Assembly (NCBI GenBank): GCA_001001045.1
Contig: LCIL01000005.1
Coordinates: 21,409 to 85,408 of the forward strand
DNA length: 64,000 nt
Source: Candidatus Woesebacteria bacterium GW2011_GWA1_44_23
GTDB lineage: Bacteria; Patescibacteriota; Microgenomatia; UBA8517
Reading direction: 5' to 3'
The notes beneath the pieces were generated by a model. The model saw only the letters and a program-made list of their open reading frames with translations, was not told the origin of the DNA and did not search any database. Made by a program: the position numbers and the translations under genes. Positions 63,999 to 64,000 of the stretch are shown piece after piece (position 1 is the stretch's first letter; each line of letters opens with the position of its first letter).

Positions 63999-64000
63999 AA

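Overview
This 64 kb window looks like a fragment of a small-genome, Gram-positive-like or CPR/Patescibacteria-like bacterium. That placement is inferred from gene content only. A compact housekeeping backbone frames a roughly 45 kb accessory region of very large cell-surface proteins and glycosylation genes.

The backbone, on the minus strand at the left edge: argS, comEC (split into two ORFs), comEA, leuS. On the right: tatA, a second tatA, tatC, an SDR epimerase, a tRNA-Ala(CGC) candidate, a LysM/M23 peptidase, rho, a large GT-C-like membrane protein, a sortase, radA, rpsA, and the 5' end of a minus-strand 5S rRNA with its terminator at the window edge.

The accessory region contains:
- A cluster of secreted or membrane-anchored proteins at 7.3-13.1 kb.
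- A roughly 10 kb tail-fibre-like giant gene (13.7-24.0 kb) with cytoplasmic integrase-SAM-like N-terminal domains and a TM helix, broken into three ORFs by frameshifts.
- A Wzy_C/O-antigen-ligase-like protein with TPR repeats.
- A two-gene module present twice: an IS200-like Y1/HUH transposase domain fused to a TM helix and an extracytoplasmic SH3b domain, followed by a membrane protein with an internal twin-arginine-like motif.
- An 8 kb glycosyltransferase, methyltransferase and RmlD-like island.
- About 8.5 kb of Ser-Pro (SPSxSP) repeat coding sequence in two loci.

Both repeat loci are preceded by the same 50-nt promoter/palindrome element. Both end in a conserved roughly 60-aa C-terminal domain that resembles the N-terminal attachment motif of phage tail fibres and also occurs as a stand-alone mini-gene.

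No CRISPR array and no reverse transcriptase were seen. Several large genes are interrupted by frameshifts at repeat junctions or homopolymers; these may be assembly errors or pseudogenisation.
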